Below, piece by piece: positions 1 to 11,000 of a stretch of 64,000 bases of DNA. How positions within the stretch are numbered: position 1 is the stretch's first letter; every line of letters begins with the position of its first letter. The notes beneath the pieces are model-generated. The model ran no database searches, was not told the DNA's origin, and worked only from the letters and a program-made list of their open reading frames with translations. This stretch comes from Phoronis australis (Eukaryota > Animalia > Phoronida), in the NCBI GenBank assembly GCA_002633005.1, contig NMRA01000476.1, positions 102,911 to 166,910 on the forward strand. The letters run 5' to 3'. The translations under genes were made by a program, and so were the position numbers.

Positions 1-410
1 GGCAGAGAAAACTGAGACTGTTGGGCTCTGGAAATGAAAAAATATTATACCCCTATGGATATGGAATTGTGTGGTATTCAAAAGGCGTGGGTAATGAGCT
101 TCGATTTTTAAAAGAATTTCGACAGCGTTGTATAGATATAGAAAATCAAATGTGGCAAGAAGCTGTAAATTAGATACAAAGCAATTTTTCAAATTACATC
201 TTAAAAGGAAAATATTAGACATAGAGAAACCGTGTATGAGGTCTCCACTGGTGCATATTTGATGCACAAATCATTCGCTGATGATAGAATGATAGAGCTG
301 GGACAACATTTTGAATGCTGAGAGAAGTTAAACTTCGTTCAAGTTGTGACATTCGAAAAATTGAAAACAAGTACCTGAACAAGTACTTAATTGTGTCCCC
401 AGGCCTTAGA
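1..410 (+). mobile_element. Degenerate C-terminal ORF2 fragment of a non-LTR retrotransposon (RTE-X-like LINE)
   Basis: Frameshifted translation gives WALEMKK/ILYPYGYGIVWYSKGVGNELRFLKEFRQRCIDIENQMWQE, then CTNHSLMIE and SCDIRKIENKY..LIVSP. This resembles the W..I..ILY.YGFG.VW..QGV.N...F...F.QRLID...Q.W, FR..NH.L.IE and C..C...IEDE.H...CP tail of invertebrate LINE ORF2. Stops and frameshifts are present. Confidence 0.6.
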
Positions 411-584
411 ATTAGTTTTAAGATTCCAGTTGTCTCTTGAGAACTGTCCATATATTTTTCGAAAGTTATGCAAGCAAATGAAGAGATGTAAGTGAAAAGA
501 AATGTTGTGAAGTTCATGCTTTTGCTAATAAGTGTAAATTGTCTGTACTAAAGGATGATCGAATGTGAACATAATAATGAGGAT

Positions 585-3500
585 GAGCTCCACAAAGCCA
601 TTGTTTCTGGAACCATTCTGCTTGCGGAACAAATCCGCAACAGTCACATTGATCAACTAATTATTGTTAGGATTGTCATGTTGATACTTTCAAGTGGTAT
701 TGAGAATGTGATGCATTTTAACTTTATTGGGCAAAACAAAAACCCCGCAAAACCCTTCTGTGTGGAAAATCGTTCCGCATGCGAAACGGTTCCGCAACTC
801 ACATTTATGTAATAATTATTGTTAGGGTAGAAATTCTGATACATTCATGTTTATGCTTTTTGCACATTAAGATTTGAATATTTCCTGGCTTGTGTTAAAC
901 TCTACCATGAGCGGTTAAAGGGCATAATCAAAATGTCAATTTTTCCCGAGTCAGCTTGAGGTAGGTTTCTACAACACAAACCATTCAGCAAGTTCCCCAC
1001 TGATTAATTATGGTTCATGTTGACACATTGATATGTCCATGTGTTATTGACAATTTTAATTCGCAAGCATCAATTTAAAAAAATGTGAGCTCCACAAAAC
1101 CATTGTTTGTGGAACGGTTCCGTAACCGTCATATTGACCACCTAATTATTGTCAGGATTGTCAGATTTATACTTTCAAGTGGCTTTGATAATAGAATGCA
1201 TTTTAAGTTCATTGGGCAGAACAAATACCCCACAAAACCATTCTGTTTGGGAAAACGCTCCCCATGCGGAATGATTCCCCTTACTGAACGGTTCCGCAAC
1301 TGTCACTTTTATTAATAAATTATTGTCAGGTTTGAAATTCTGATACTTTTATGTTTAGTGCTTGTTGCACGTTAAGATTTGAATATTTTGTGACTTGTTC
1401 TAAGTAAGGTTCTACTTAAAGTGGCAAAATGGCATAGACAAGAAGTCAATTTTTCCCAGAGTCTGTTAGAGGTAGGTTTCTGCATCACAAATCATTCAGC
1501 AAGTTCACCACTGATAAATCATTGTTTTTGATGACACATTGACATTCTCATATACTATTGAGAATGGAGTATATTTCAACTGAAATGTGCAAGAAATTTT
1601 TTTTTTAAAAATTGTGAGGATCACAAAAGTATTGTTAGCGGAATGGTTCCACATGCGGAACGGTTCCGCAACTGTCACATTGATCTACTAATTACTGTTA
1701 GGATTGTCACATCGAAAGTTTTAAGTGGCATTGATAATGGAATACATTTCAAGTTGATTGGTGAAAACGAATACCCCGTAAAACCATTTTGTTTGGGAAA
1801 TCGCTCCCCATGCAGAAGGGTTCCGTATGCGGAACGGTTCCGCAACTGTCACTTTTATTAATTAACTATTGTTGGGGGAGAAATTCTGATACTTTTATGT
1901 TTAATGCTTTTACCACATTAAGATTTGAATATTTCGTGGCTTGTGTTAAGGTTCTACCGAAAGTGGTAAAATGGCATAGGCAAGATGTCAATTTTCCCCC
2001 CAAGTCTGCTTGAGGTAGGTTTCTGGATCACAAATCATGCAGCAAGTTCCCCACTGGTTAATCATTGTTCATGTTGACACATTGATATTCTCATATACTA
2101 TTGAGAATAGAATATATTTGAACTGAAATGTGCAAGAAAAATTTTTTGTAAAAATTGTGAGGATCAGAAAAGTATTGTTTGCGGAATGGTTCCGCATGCG
2201 GAACGGTTCCGCAACTGTCACATTGATCAACTTATTTCTGTTAGGATTGTCATATCGAAGGTTTCAAGTGGCATTGATAATGGAATGCATTTTAAGATGA
2301 TTGGTGGAAACAAATACCCCATAAAACCATTTTGTTTGGGAAATCGCTCCCCATGCGGAACGGTTCCGAAACTGTCACTTTTATTAATTAACTATTGTTG
2401 GGGTAGATATTCTGATACTTTTATGTTTAATGCTTGTTCCACATTAAGATTCGAATTTTTCGTGGCTTGTGTTCAGGTTCTGCCAAAAGCGGTAAAATGG
2501 CATAGACAAGATGTCAATTTTTCGCGAGTCTGCTTGAGGTAGGTTTCTGCATCACAATCCATTCAGCAAGTTCCCCACTGACCAATTATTGTTCATGTTG
2601 ACACATTGCTATTTCCATATGCTATTGAGAATAGAGTATATTTCAACTGAAATGTGCAGGAAATTTTTTTTTAAACTTGTGAGGATCACAAAAGTATTGT
2701 TTGCGAACGGTTCCGCATGCGGAACGGTCCCGCAACTATCACATTTATTAATTAATTATTGTTAGGGTAGAAATTCTGATACTTTTATGTTTTATGCTTG
2801 TACGTTAAGATTTGAATATTTCATGGCTTGTGTTATGGTTCTGCCAAAAGCGGTAAAATGGCATAGACAAGATGTCAATTTTTCGCGAGTCTGCTTGAGG
2901 TAGGTTTCAGCATCACAAACCATTCAGCAAGTTCCCTACTGATCAATCATTGCTCATGTTGACACATTGATATTTCCACATGCTATTGAGAATAGAGTAT
3001 ATTTCAACTGAAATGTGCAAGAAAATTTTTTTAAAACTTGTGAGGATCACAAAAGTATTGTTTGCAGAACGGTTCCGCATGCGGAACGGTTCCGCAACTG
3101 TCACATTGATCTACTAATTACTGTTAGGATTGCCACATCGATACTTTCAAGTGGCATTGATATTGTAATGTATTTTAAGTTGATTGGTGAAATCAAATAC
3201 CCTGCAAAACCATTCTGTTTGGGAAATCGCTGCCCATACAGAACGGTTCCGCATGCGGAATGGTTCCGCAGCTGTCACATTGATCAAGTAATTATTATTA
3301 GGATTGTCACATTGATACTTTCAAGTGGTATTGATTATGGAATGCATTTTAACTTTATTGGTCATGAGAATTTAAAAAATTGTGTTCTCCAAAAAACTAT
3401 TCTGTTTGCGGAACCGTTCCGCATGTGGAACCCTTCTGCAACCGTCACATTGATTAATATATTATTTAGAGTGGGCACATTATACTCTCAAGTACTATTG

Positions 3501-3620
3501 AGAATGGAATGTAATTCATGTTTATTGGGCCTGGAGAAAATTAAAAAATTTAGTCCTGTGCTAAACTTTTCTCTTTGCGAGACCCGATCTGGACCTTTCA
3601 CATTGATTTTTAAAAATAAA
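585..3620. repeat. Tandem array of ~540 bp units (about 6 copies, one internally deleted) carrying the palindrome TGCGGAAC-G-GTTCCGCA
   Basis: Recurring blocks gaggtaggtttc (~958, 1469, 2012, 2537, 2897) and ggatcacaaaagtattg (~1618, 2161, 2683, 3044). The palindromic motif recurs several times per unit. The repeated peptides in the ORF track (e.g. VPHAERFRNCHID) reflect this DNA repeat. Confidence 0.93.
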
Positions 3621-3696
3621 TTATTATTTTGATTATTATTCCACAAAATATACATAATATTTCTCAAGTCACAGAATTACACAAAACTTGCGCAGT

Positions 3697-3775
3697 GCGT
3701 AATATTCCGCAAAATCTGCGTAATATTCCGCAAAATCTGCGTAACATTCCGCGAAATCTGCGGAATATTCCGCAA
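3697..3775. repeat. 21 bp minisatellite (GCGTAATATTCCGCAAAATCT) x ~4
   Basis: Directly visible tandem copies. It shares the TTCCGC core with the adjacent 540 bp array. Confidence 0.85.
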
Positions 3776-4637
3776 GGCAAAAATTGAACTTCTAATTAAG
3801 AAAATGCTAATTGAGGAAATAAAAATGTAACATTGTAAACATGTTTAGGATAAGGTATAGATTTGTTACATACCATTTTCTATGGCCCTAAGTGGATATT
3901 AAAAAAGTGCGGAACCGTTCCGCACACTTTGAGACTAAATAATGTTGTGTCATTTGAGAAATTATCGCCTTTATTTCAGTGTTTTCTTGGTAATAAAAAG
4001 GACCTGCAAAACCCGGTGACACAAACCATATTATAACACAGAAGAAACTATGAAAAAAGTATAAGCCGTGATTTTCACTAAAAAGTATAAAGTGACAGCA
4101 CTGAGAAGGGGACCTGATAGTGGACAATGTTTACAAATAACAGTCAGCAAGTCTTCTCCGCGCGTGAGCATCTTGAGACAGCACAGCTAGACAGTCTCGA
4201 GACAGCACAGCTAGACAGTCTCGACACGTTTCTTGAATTGAGTTCGATTTCGTTTGAATGAACGTGGGCATGGAATTTGCTGCCGAAGATGGGTCCGATT
4301 AAGAAGTTGTTTGCATGTCCTTCCGACTAGAAGTGCGTACAGTTGCGACACCGCATTTGTCAACCATAATCTTGGTCACCTTCACGGAATTCCGGCATTG
4401 TTTGGTTGGCGCGCGTTTGATTGTTTCAGTGTTTTTCAGACAATAAAACGTAAGGCGTATGGACTTTTAATTTGCACTATTTTGTAATTTGCCTAAGTAA
4501 TATAAAAAATTACGTACTCGGTGTTATTAACGGAACCAGTCGTGTCATATGAGAAATTAATCTTTTACTCTACTGTGTTTCATATGCTATGTGTTACGTA
4601 ACGTAAGAGTAGTTAGTCCTAATAACAAACTAGATGT

Positions 4638-6844
4638 ATATAGATTATTGCATGGCGAAGTCGTTATCCCCCGTTATCCAGAGACCGAGTGGATTTTGGA
4701 GAATTATCGCCCGAGGGGCGTTAGCCCCGAGGGTGATAATTCTACAAAATCCACGGGGGCTCTAGATAAGGGGTATAACGACTGAGAACATGTAACAATC
4801 TATTTATACCACATACTGAATGAGAAACATTGCAATGAATCGATCTACATTTCTCGACTCGTCTCGGCTTTGTAATTACTTTCTATGTCAGACGCCTGAG
4901 GTCGGAGGTCGTGACCTTTTAAAAAAAGCCGAGCTATTTTTGTCAAATAATGCCTTTACTCAAAAGCAATTGAACAAGAGCAACGCAGAGCGTTGAAATG
5001 CGCCCACAATTGCACCGTATACGGTATCCTTCTAGGGTTGTCTATTGGTACCATAAAGTGGCCAGTAGAGGGCATATATGTAATAAGTTGTACTTTGCAA
5101 AATGGAAAGGCTGGGGGCAAAATGTGAGTGGTCTTCATAATACAAGCACATCCTATACATCAGTTGCTTAAAGCACCACAGAAACATAGAATTAAAAACA
5201 AATTTACCAACATATGAGATTAGCACAGCATTAGAATGCCAGAAACAAATTTCTACTTGGAACTTTTCCTTCATAGCCACGAAGTAACACAAAGTGTACA
5301 CCTGAAGACCTATGAAAATACAGAGGTCAATGTAAAATACTAAAATTGCCACTGGAGGCATACCGGTAGTCAGAATCATCCTAAAGTCGTCATCGTCCGC
5401 TGTCAACATCACATAATTACACCTGCTAAATTTAGTAAAGAACCAGCAAACGGTTTGGGAGATACGGCCATGGGTGCAAAAAAAATGCCATTAGGAGGCG
5501 CCACAGTAATCAAAGTCATGGGAAATTCAGCGTCAACCGTCCTCTTCATAGTAAGAACATACATGCCAATTTTCAAAATCATCCTTTGAGCGGTTTGGTT
5601 GATAGAGGGGTGGACGCAAAAATACAGACTCGAAAACAGTAAAAATGGCCACTAGGTGGCGCAAACTAAGTCGAATCCATCTGAAAACGGGAGGATAGCG
5701 TCACCTCACTAATAGGTGCCTACATACCAAATTTCATGAAAATCCGTTCAGGACTTTTGAAGATACAAAGGTAAGCGTAAAAAACTAAAATTGCCACTAG
5801 GGGGCACACCGGTAGTCGGATCCGTACAAAAGTCGTCATCTTCCGTTGTTAACATCATATAAATATACTTAAACAATTTCGTAAAGATCCTGCTAACGGC
5901 TTAGGAGATACAGCCATAGGCGCAAAAAAACAAAACTGCCACTAGGAGGCGCCACAGTAGTCGAAATCATCGGAAAATCATCGTCAACCGTCCTCTACAT
6001 AGTAAGCATATACATGCCAAGTTTCGCAATCATCCTTTGAGCGGTTTGGTTGATAGAGGGGTGGACGCANTCGACCGGGAAATTATCGTCTGCTATAGTA
6101 GGTTACCACTGGTAACTGAATATAATTCTGAAGTCAAAGATCCTGACGACACGATATCCGCATTTAAACTGTAGATCGGTGATTTACAAGTAAGAGGACG
6201 TGAGAGAAAATTTTCACTGAATTAAGATATCATTTTTATGGAAATTATGTGTCTTATTTTTCGTAGCGTATAAGTACAGTACAATGCGGTTTGTTGAACA
6301 TGCGATTATTGCGCGTGCTCATTTAAGTATTCTATTTTCAATCTTGATGACGTCAGTGTGTAGTGGAAAAGTCGACGACCAGCAATTTCAAGGTCCCGGG
6401 TTCGACTCCGTCCTTGGTTTCCCGCCAAATCGTTATCTCACCAGTGAGATAACTTTATGGTTTATTACACGGTTGTATCTGCCATTTGACGCTAATTTTG
6501 TGGTATAAAATTATTTATACCACAATATTAGCCTCGAATGGCAGATACAACTGTGCAATAACCCATAAAGTTATCTCACCAGTGAGATAACATTTTGGCG
6601 GGAAACCGAGGCCGGATTCGAACGCGGGCGTCAACAGTTGCGAGTCGCCGACTTTACCACTGCACCACTCAGCGGCTGACGTCATCGAACGTGAAAAAAG
6701 AATACTTAAATGAGCACGCGCAATAATCGTGGATTTTGTAGAATTATCACCCTCGGGGCTGACGCCCCTCGGGCGATAATTCTACAAAATCCACTCGGGC
6801 TCTAGATAAGGGGGATAACGACTTCGTCATGTAATAATCTATAT
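4638..6844. mobile_element. Foldback formed by two inverted copies of a hairpin-ended non-autonomous element with tRNA-like internal segments
   Basis: Outer arms 4638-4755 and 6728-6844 are near-perfect reverse complements. Inner arms 6303-6509 and 6514-6729 are reverse complements centred on TGTGGTATAAA-atta-TTTATACCACA. 4638-4803 is itself a long hairpin. A HINE-like element is nested at 4973-6069. Confidence 0.8.
4973..6069 (+). mobile_element. Helentron-associated (HINE/DINE-1/pearl-like) non-autonomous element, 5' part, cut at N 6070
   Basis: Same 5' end (ACAAGAGCAACGCAGAGCGTTGAAATGCGCCCACAA) and the same ~150 bp subunits as the full copy at 46505-47800. Confidence 0.8.
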
Positions 6845-7550
6845 TTATTACAAGAACATGAATACCTATTATTTAATGATGAGAAAAAATATTAGAGAAG
6901 GTCCGCACTGTTGCTAAATGTAATGTTGTTTATGAGTTTACTTGTCCGACGGTCGAATGTTTTCGTCTTCATCGGAAACAAAATTACATTGGGCACACAG
7001 TGTGTTCCTTGTCGCGACGACTTTCAATGCATTTACAAAACGGCTCCATAAAAGACCATTTTCAAAACTTTCATGGTCGCAAGATAACTCGTCAGGAGGT
7101 TGTCGACAATACAGTCATTAGATACTTTGAAAATGATGTGCACAGGTTACGAACATTAGAGTCGCTTCTAATAATGCTTGAAAACCCCAGTTTGAATAAG
7201 CAGCTAACTGGAACTCGAAGGAATCTATCATTATTTAGGTGATCTGTAGATTATGTTGCACAGCAACGTATGTATATTGATATATGTATGTTTTTATCGT
7301 CATAGTTGCGCATGCCAACTTCACGTGTCATTTCTGATGTGCGTTTCACTGTGAACTAGTTGTAAATAGAAGCCTGAAGATGAGATATGTGTCTCGAAAA
7401 ATCGCTTTTTAAATTATGTTACCTATTGATGTCGCTTGGATTTTTATTGCACTGTTGTGATGTAAAGTCAAGATCTCTATTAAGAAAGTTTGAAAGAACT
7501 GAAATTAAACTCGTAAAAACAGATCAAAGTCGTGTCTTCAATAAAATATG
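6843..7550 (+). mobile_element. Penelope-like element 3' remnant: GIY-YIG endonuclease plus pLTR containing the ORF start
   Basis: IYYKNMNTYYLMMRKN, frameshift, then CNVVYEFTCPTVEC...NYIGHTVCSLSRRLSMHLQNGSIKDH...RLRTLESLLIMLENPSLNKQ (stop 7242), the VVY..YIG..H..E..LN.Q pattern of PLE GIY-YIG. Downstream are a hammerhead core and MSLGFLL...RKFERTEIKLVK...VFNKIC, resembling a PLE ORF N-terminus, ending in TA-rich microsatellite. Confidence 0.88.
7368..7409 (+). ncRNA. Minimal type I hammerhead ribozyme motif (PLE-associated)
   Basis: AAGC-CTGAAGA-T-GAGAT(atgt)GTCTC-GAAA-AA-TC-GCTT: stem I AAGC/GCTT, core CUGAAGA, stem II, GAAA, vestigial stem III, UC cleavage site. It lies in the PLE pLTR, where such motifs are known to occur. 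Confidence 0.72.
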
Positions 7551-7629
7551 TATATCTACATATGTATATGTATATTATATGTATATGTTTATGTATATGT
7601 ATATAACATACACAATCGCTGGACTTATT

Positions 7630-7900
7630 TCTTTATAGCCTCGGTACCAGCCTATATACAAAATTTCACAAAAAATCCTCCAGGAATTTTTAAGATACAG
7701 AGAAAAACGAAAACAAAAATCCCACTAGGGGCACGGCCTTTGTTGGACCCAGCCTGACCGTCGACCGTTGACAACTTCATATAAATACACATGCCAACTT
7801 TAATAAGAATACTGCAGGTGGTTTAGGAGATACTGTCATGGATGCAAAAAAAAACAAAATGTCACTAGGGGGCGTCATAGTAGTTGGTGCCTTCCGAAAA
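7630..7900 (+). repeat. Diverged fragment of the HINE-like family (two subunits)
   Basis: Contains cccactaggggcac and gtcactagggggcgtca, plus ggtttaggagatac and aaaatcatcg blocks shared with the family. Confidence 0.7.
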
Positions 7901-8031
7901 TCATCGCGATCTGTTACGGCAAAATTACACTTTTTGATGACAGCGTGGATACTTTTTTCAATTTGGGTGAGTGGCAGCACTGCCTTCTGGTCATAGTCCT
8001 GGATCAAGCAGATATTACGGAAAGCCACAGT

Positions 8032-11000
8032 TTAGTTGATGCCACAATAGGCGTAGCTGCATGAAGGTGCATTAGGTAGTTTGTACACGTAGTAGCCTTG
8101 ACTGCACTTGACGATTTTTACAAACACAGTTGTACTGTAGCACATGTTCCCTGAGTATAATGGGCATACTGGGACCGACGTAATGACGTTTACTTGATCG
8201 GGGTGTGTTCCGAGTATGTACATTTTTGCGTGAGTTCCACAGCTTGAACTTTTGTCAGCGTCCTGCAAGGAATACAAAAACTACGAAATATGATTTACAG
8301 TAAAGTACGAGTTAATGAAGCGATTAATGTAATGGTTGCTTTGAAAACAAAGGGCAAAATAAAACCCAATTTTTATGGATAAGGAAGTGATTATCGTTCG
8401 GGTCAAAAGTTGCCAGGTAGTGGAGACTTTCATTTTTTGTGAACTCTGGCTAATAAAAATATGTTCAAGTTTGGAAAATATCCTTAATATGACTACAGTA
8501 ACAGTGTTCCTCGGAATTCAATAACTTTAATTAGACGAGAACAAGCAATTAACACGAAGAGCGGTTACCAACACACTGAGTGATTTTCTATACCGTACCA
8601 AGGGATTCGGGAACATGGCGCGTACATCAGCTAGTTCCCACATTCGGGTTCCTGCTGCGCCCTCGAAACGGTACCAACCGTGTACGAAGCCAGATTGATC
8701 ACACCTGATTTTGTTATCGCTATTGTTCACGTGTCTCCAATCATCGGTAAGTGACGTGTAGCCTGTGGAAGAAGGGAGATACAGATATCTTCTAGAGTTC
8801 TTTCTGCAGTTAGTGTCAGGACATTAAATTGACATTAGTGTATTCGCCCGCTGTTCCATTTTAAGATCAAAATGTTTCTTGTTGTTTTTAAGAGGCCTGG
8901 AACGCGAAAAACAGACTAAATTGCATTATTCAAAGTGGTTCTCCGCCACTGAAACAGAATTCAACGTGCTTGACAGATATATTTACGGTTTGATCTTAAA
9001 GGTTTTGAATGTCTGTAGATGTCAGGGCATTTTTCTTTTAGTTTCAAATTTCAGAAAAACGATCTGTCCAATGCTTGTCACTTCGTTGATTATTCTCAGA
9101 CAAGGCAAAGCACTTGTCCTCATTTGGTATGGCAAGACGTAGACGTAGCACAGTTCCCTAATATAGAAAATGTGACCTTTGGCATTTGATGTCAACAAAA
9201 CAAAGGCAACTTTAGGCAGTCCGACTAAGAGGAAATTGGTGTTTAAAATTAATTGCAAAGTGCAATAACACATGAGAATCTAGCGTTAACATCCATCTTG
9301 ACAGTCAGCTGTTTGTCGAATGGCTGTGAGCACTTGGTCGCACTTATCATAAGTGGGAGGGAGGCTAGAAACTGCGGTGAATACAGATTTTTTCCTTTCA
9401 CACGTACATGTACTTCAAAAATGATCAATTTTGTGAGGTTTTGTGGAAATTTCCTCTCAGGGGGAAGTGTGTAACTTTCTAGTAGAAGGTGCGAGATAGT
9501 ACTTTCGTCTGGGATTGTTTAGAAGATATTTTTGACGAGCTTTCGCGTTCCGTGACTCTTTAAACAGTACACACCATGGAATTTTGCACATTTTGAATTA
9601 CCGGTGGCCACAGACTAAATGTATGACGTAAAATTTAGCTAAACCCATGTTTATTTTGTGTAATTAGCTCGAAATTTTGATTTTTCTTTCAATTTTGCCA
9701 ATTTTCACATTTCCCGCCATGTGACGTCATGGGTTGAACACAAGAGATCAGTGACCAGCATTGAACAATGGCGGAGAGCAGTGAATTTGAAAGCGACGAC
9801 GATTATGAGCAAGAATTAAATAAATACTATGAAGAAACGTACGGGAATGGTGGCCAGGATGAGGAAATGGGGTTGCACGAAAGCGAGAACAAGTTTGATG
9901 TCCTTCCGGCTGCGTACTTTTCTACTTTGAGCCTTACGAACTGGATCCTCCCGCGAGAGAAGCGGCCTCGGGCTCGGCGAGTCAACCCAGTCATCCAACA
10001 GACGATCCTGAATTAAGAGCCGATGTTTCTGAATGATAAATATTGTCCTTTATTGAACCAGGCCTTCATCGTAACATCTCCTGTGACTGGAGTTGAAACA
10101 CGAGTCCTCAAAGTGGGCAAAACACAGAGTGGCCCCGGACCGAATCGCTTGGTCCACGATGAGGTCCCACACTCTCGTTCGGCGCACGAAGCGATGTCAC
10201 TTCAGCGCAACTTTGGTGTCCTTCGGAACACCGAGACGTTCTCCGCCTGTCTGCTGTTGCTGCAGCCTCCGGCAACATATCTTTTGATCCCTCTACGAAC
10301 CTTCTCGACGCTAAATGTACTTTGCTTTCACTTCACTCTATACACATTGTCTCTGATCCGAACAGTATGGCGAACGACTTGGGTTCAACCCATGACGTTG
10401 TACATAATTATTATTTTTTTCAATTTTTGCGTGTTACTTTATGAGCTGTGCACTAAAGGCACTGAAATCAAGTAAGATATAATAATAAAAATTATTTTGA
10501 GGTACTAGAGTCATGTTGTGTACACTTTAAGGTTCCTGTAACAAAGCCTACTAAATGAAAAAGAACATAGAAACGAAGCGTCTGTAGCGGAAAAGTTTTC
10601 ACAGTACCTGCAGTCGACTACAATCTATTTATTGTCAGTGACTGAATTTCTCGATAACTTAATACAAAGCACCCAAGCTTCCTTTGCTAATTTTGGACTC
10701 AAGCACAAAAATCTGACTACAGCATGGATGTAGTTCGGCACTGATTGGAATCAGTATAAAATGGACACCAAGATTTTCTGCGTAATAACTTACTTGTACA
10801 GCTGTTTGGGGGAGGTGGGGTCGTAGTTGTTGTGGCTGCAAGGGAAATCACATGTGCTTGAACAAAAATATATCAAACTTTTATCAGTCAAACATCAACT
10901 ATTCATTATGTAATCACCTCATCATCAAATCGCTAAAAATACATTTAATATTGCAATAACTTATTATTCACCTCGACGTGTCCAATGCAGACAATAATCA

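Noticed and set aside
555-3632. Repeated ORFs (up to 205 aa) suggesting a repeat protein
   Set aside because: Frames open and close inconsistently between DNA repeat units, with frequent stops and no splice logic. They are a by-product of the tandem array.
6605-6676. Functional tRNA gene
   Set aside because: A/B boxes are present but the stems are imperfect and it is embedded in a repeated element. Treated as tRNA-derived.
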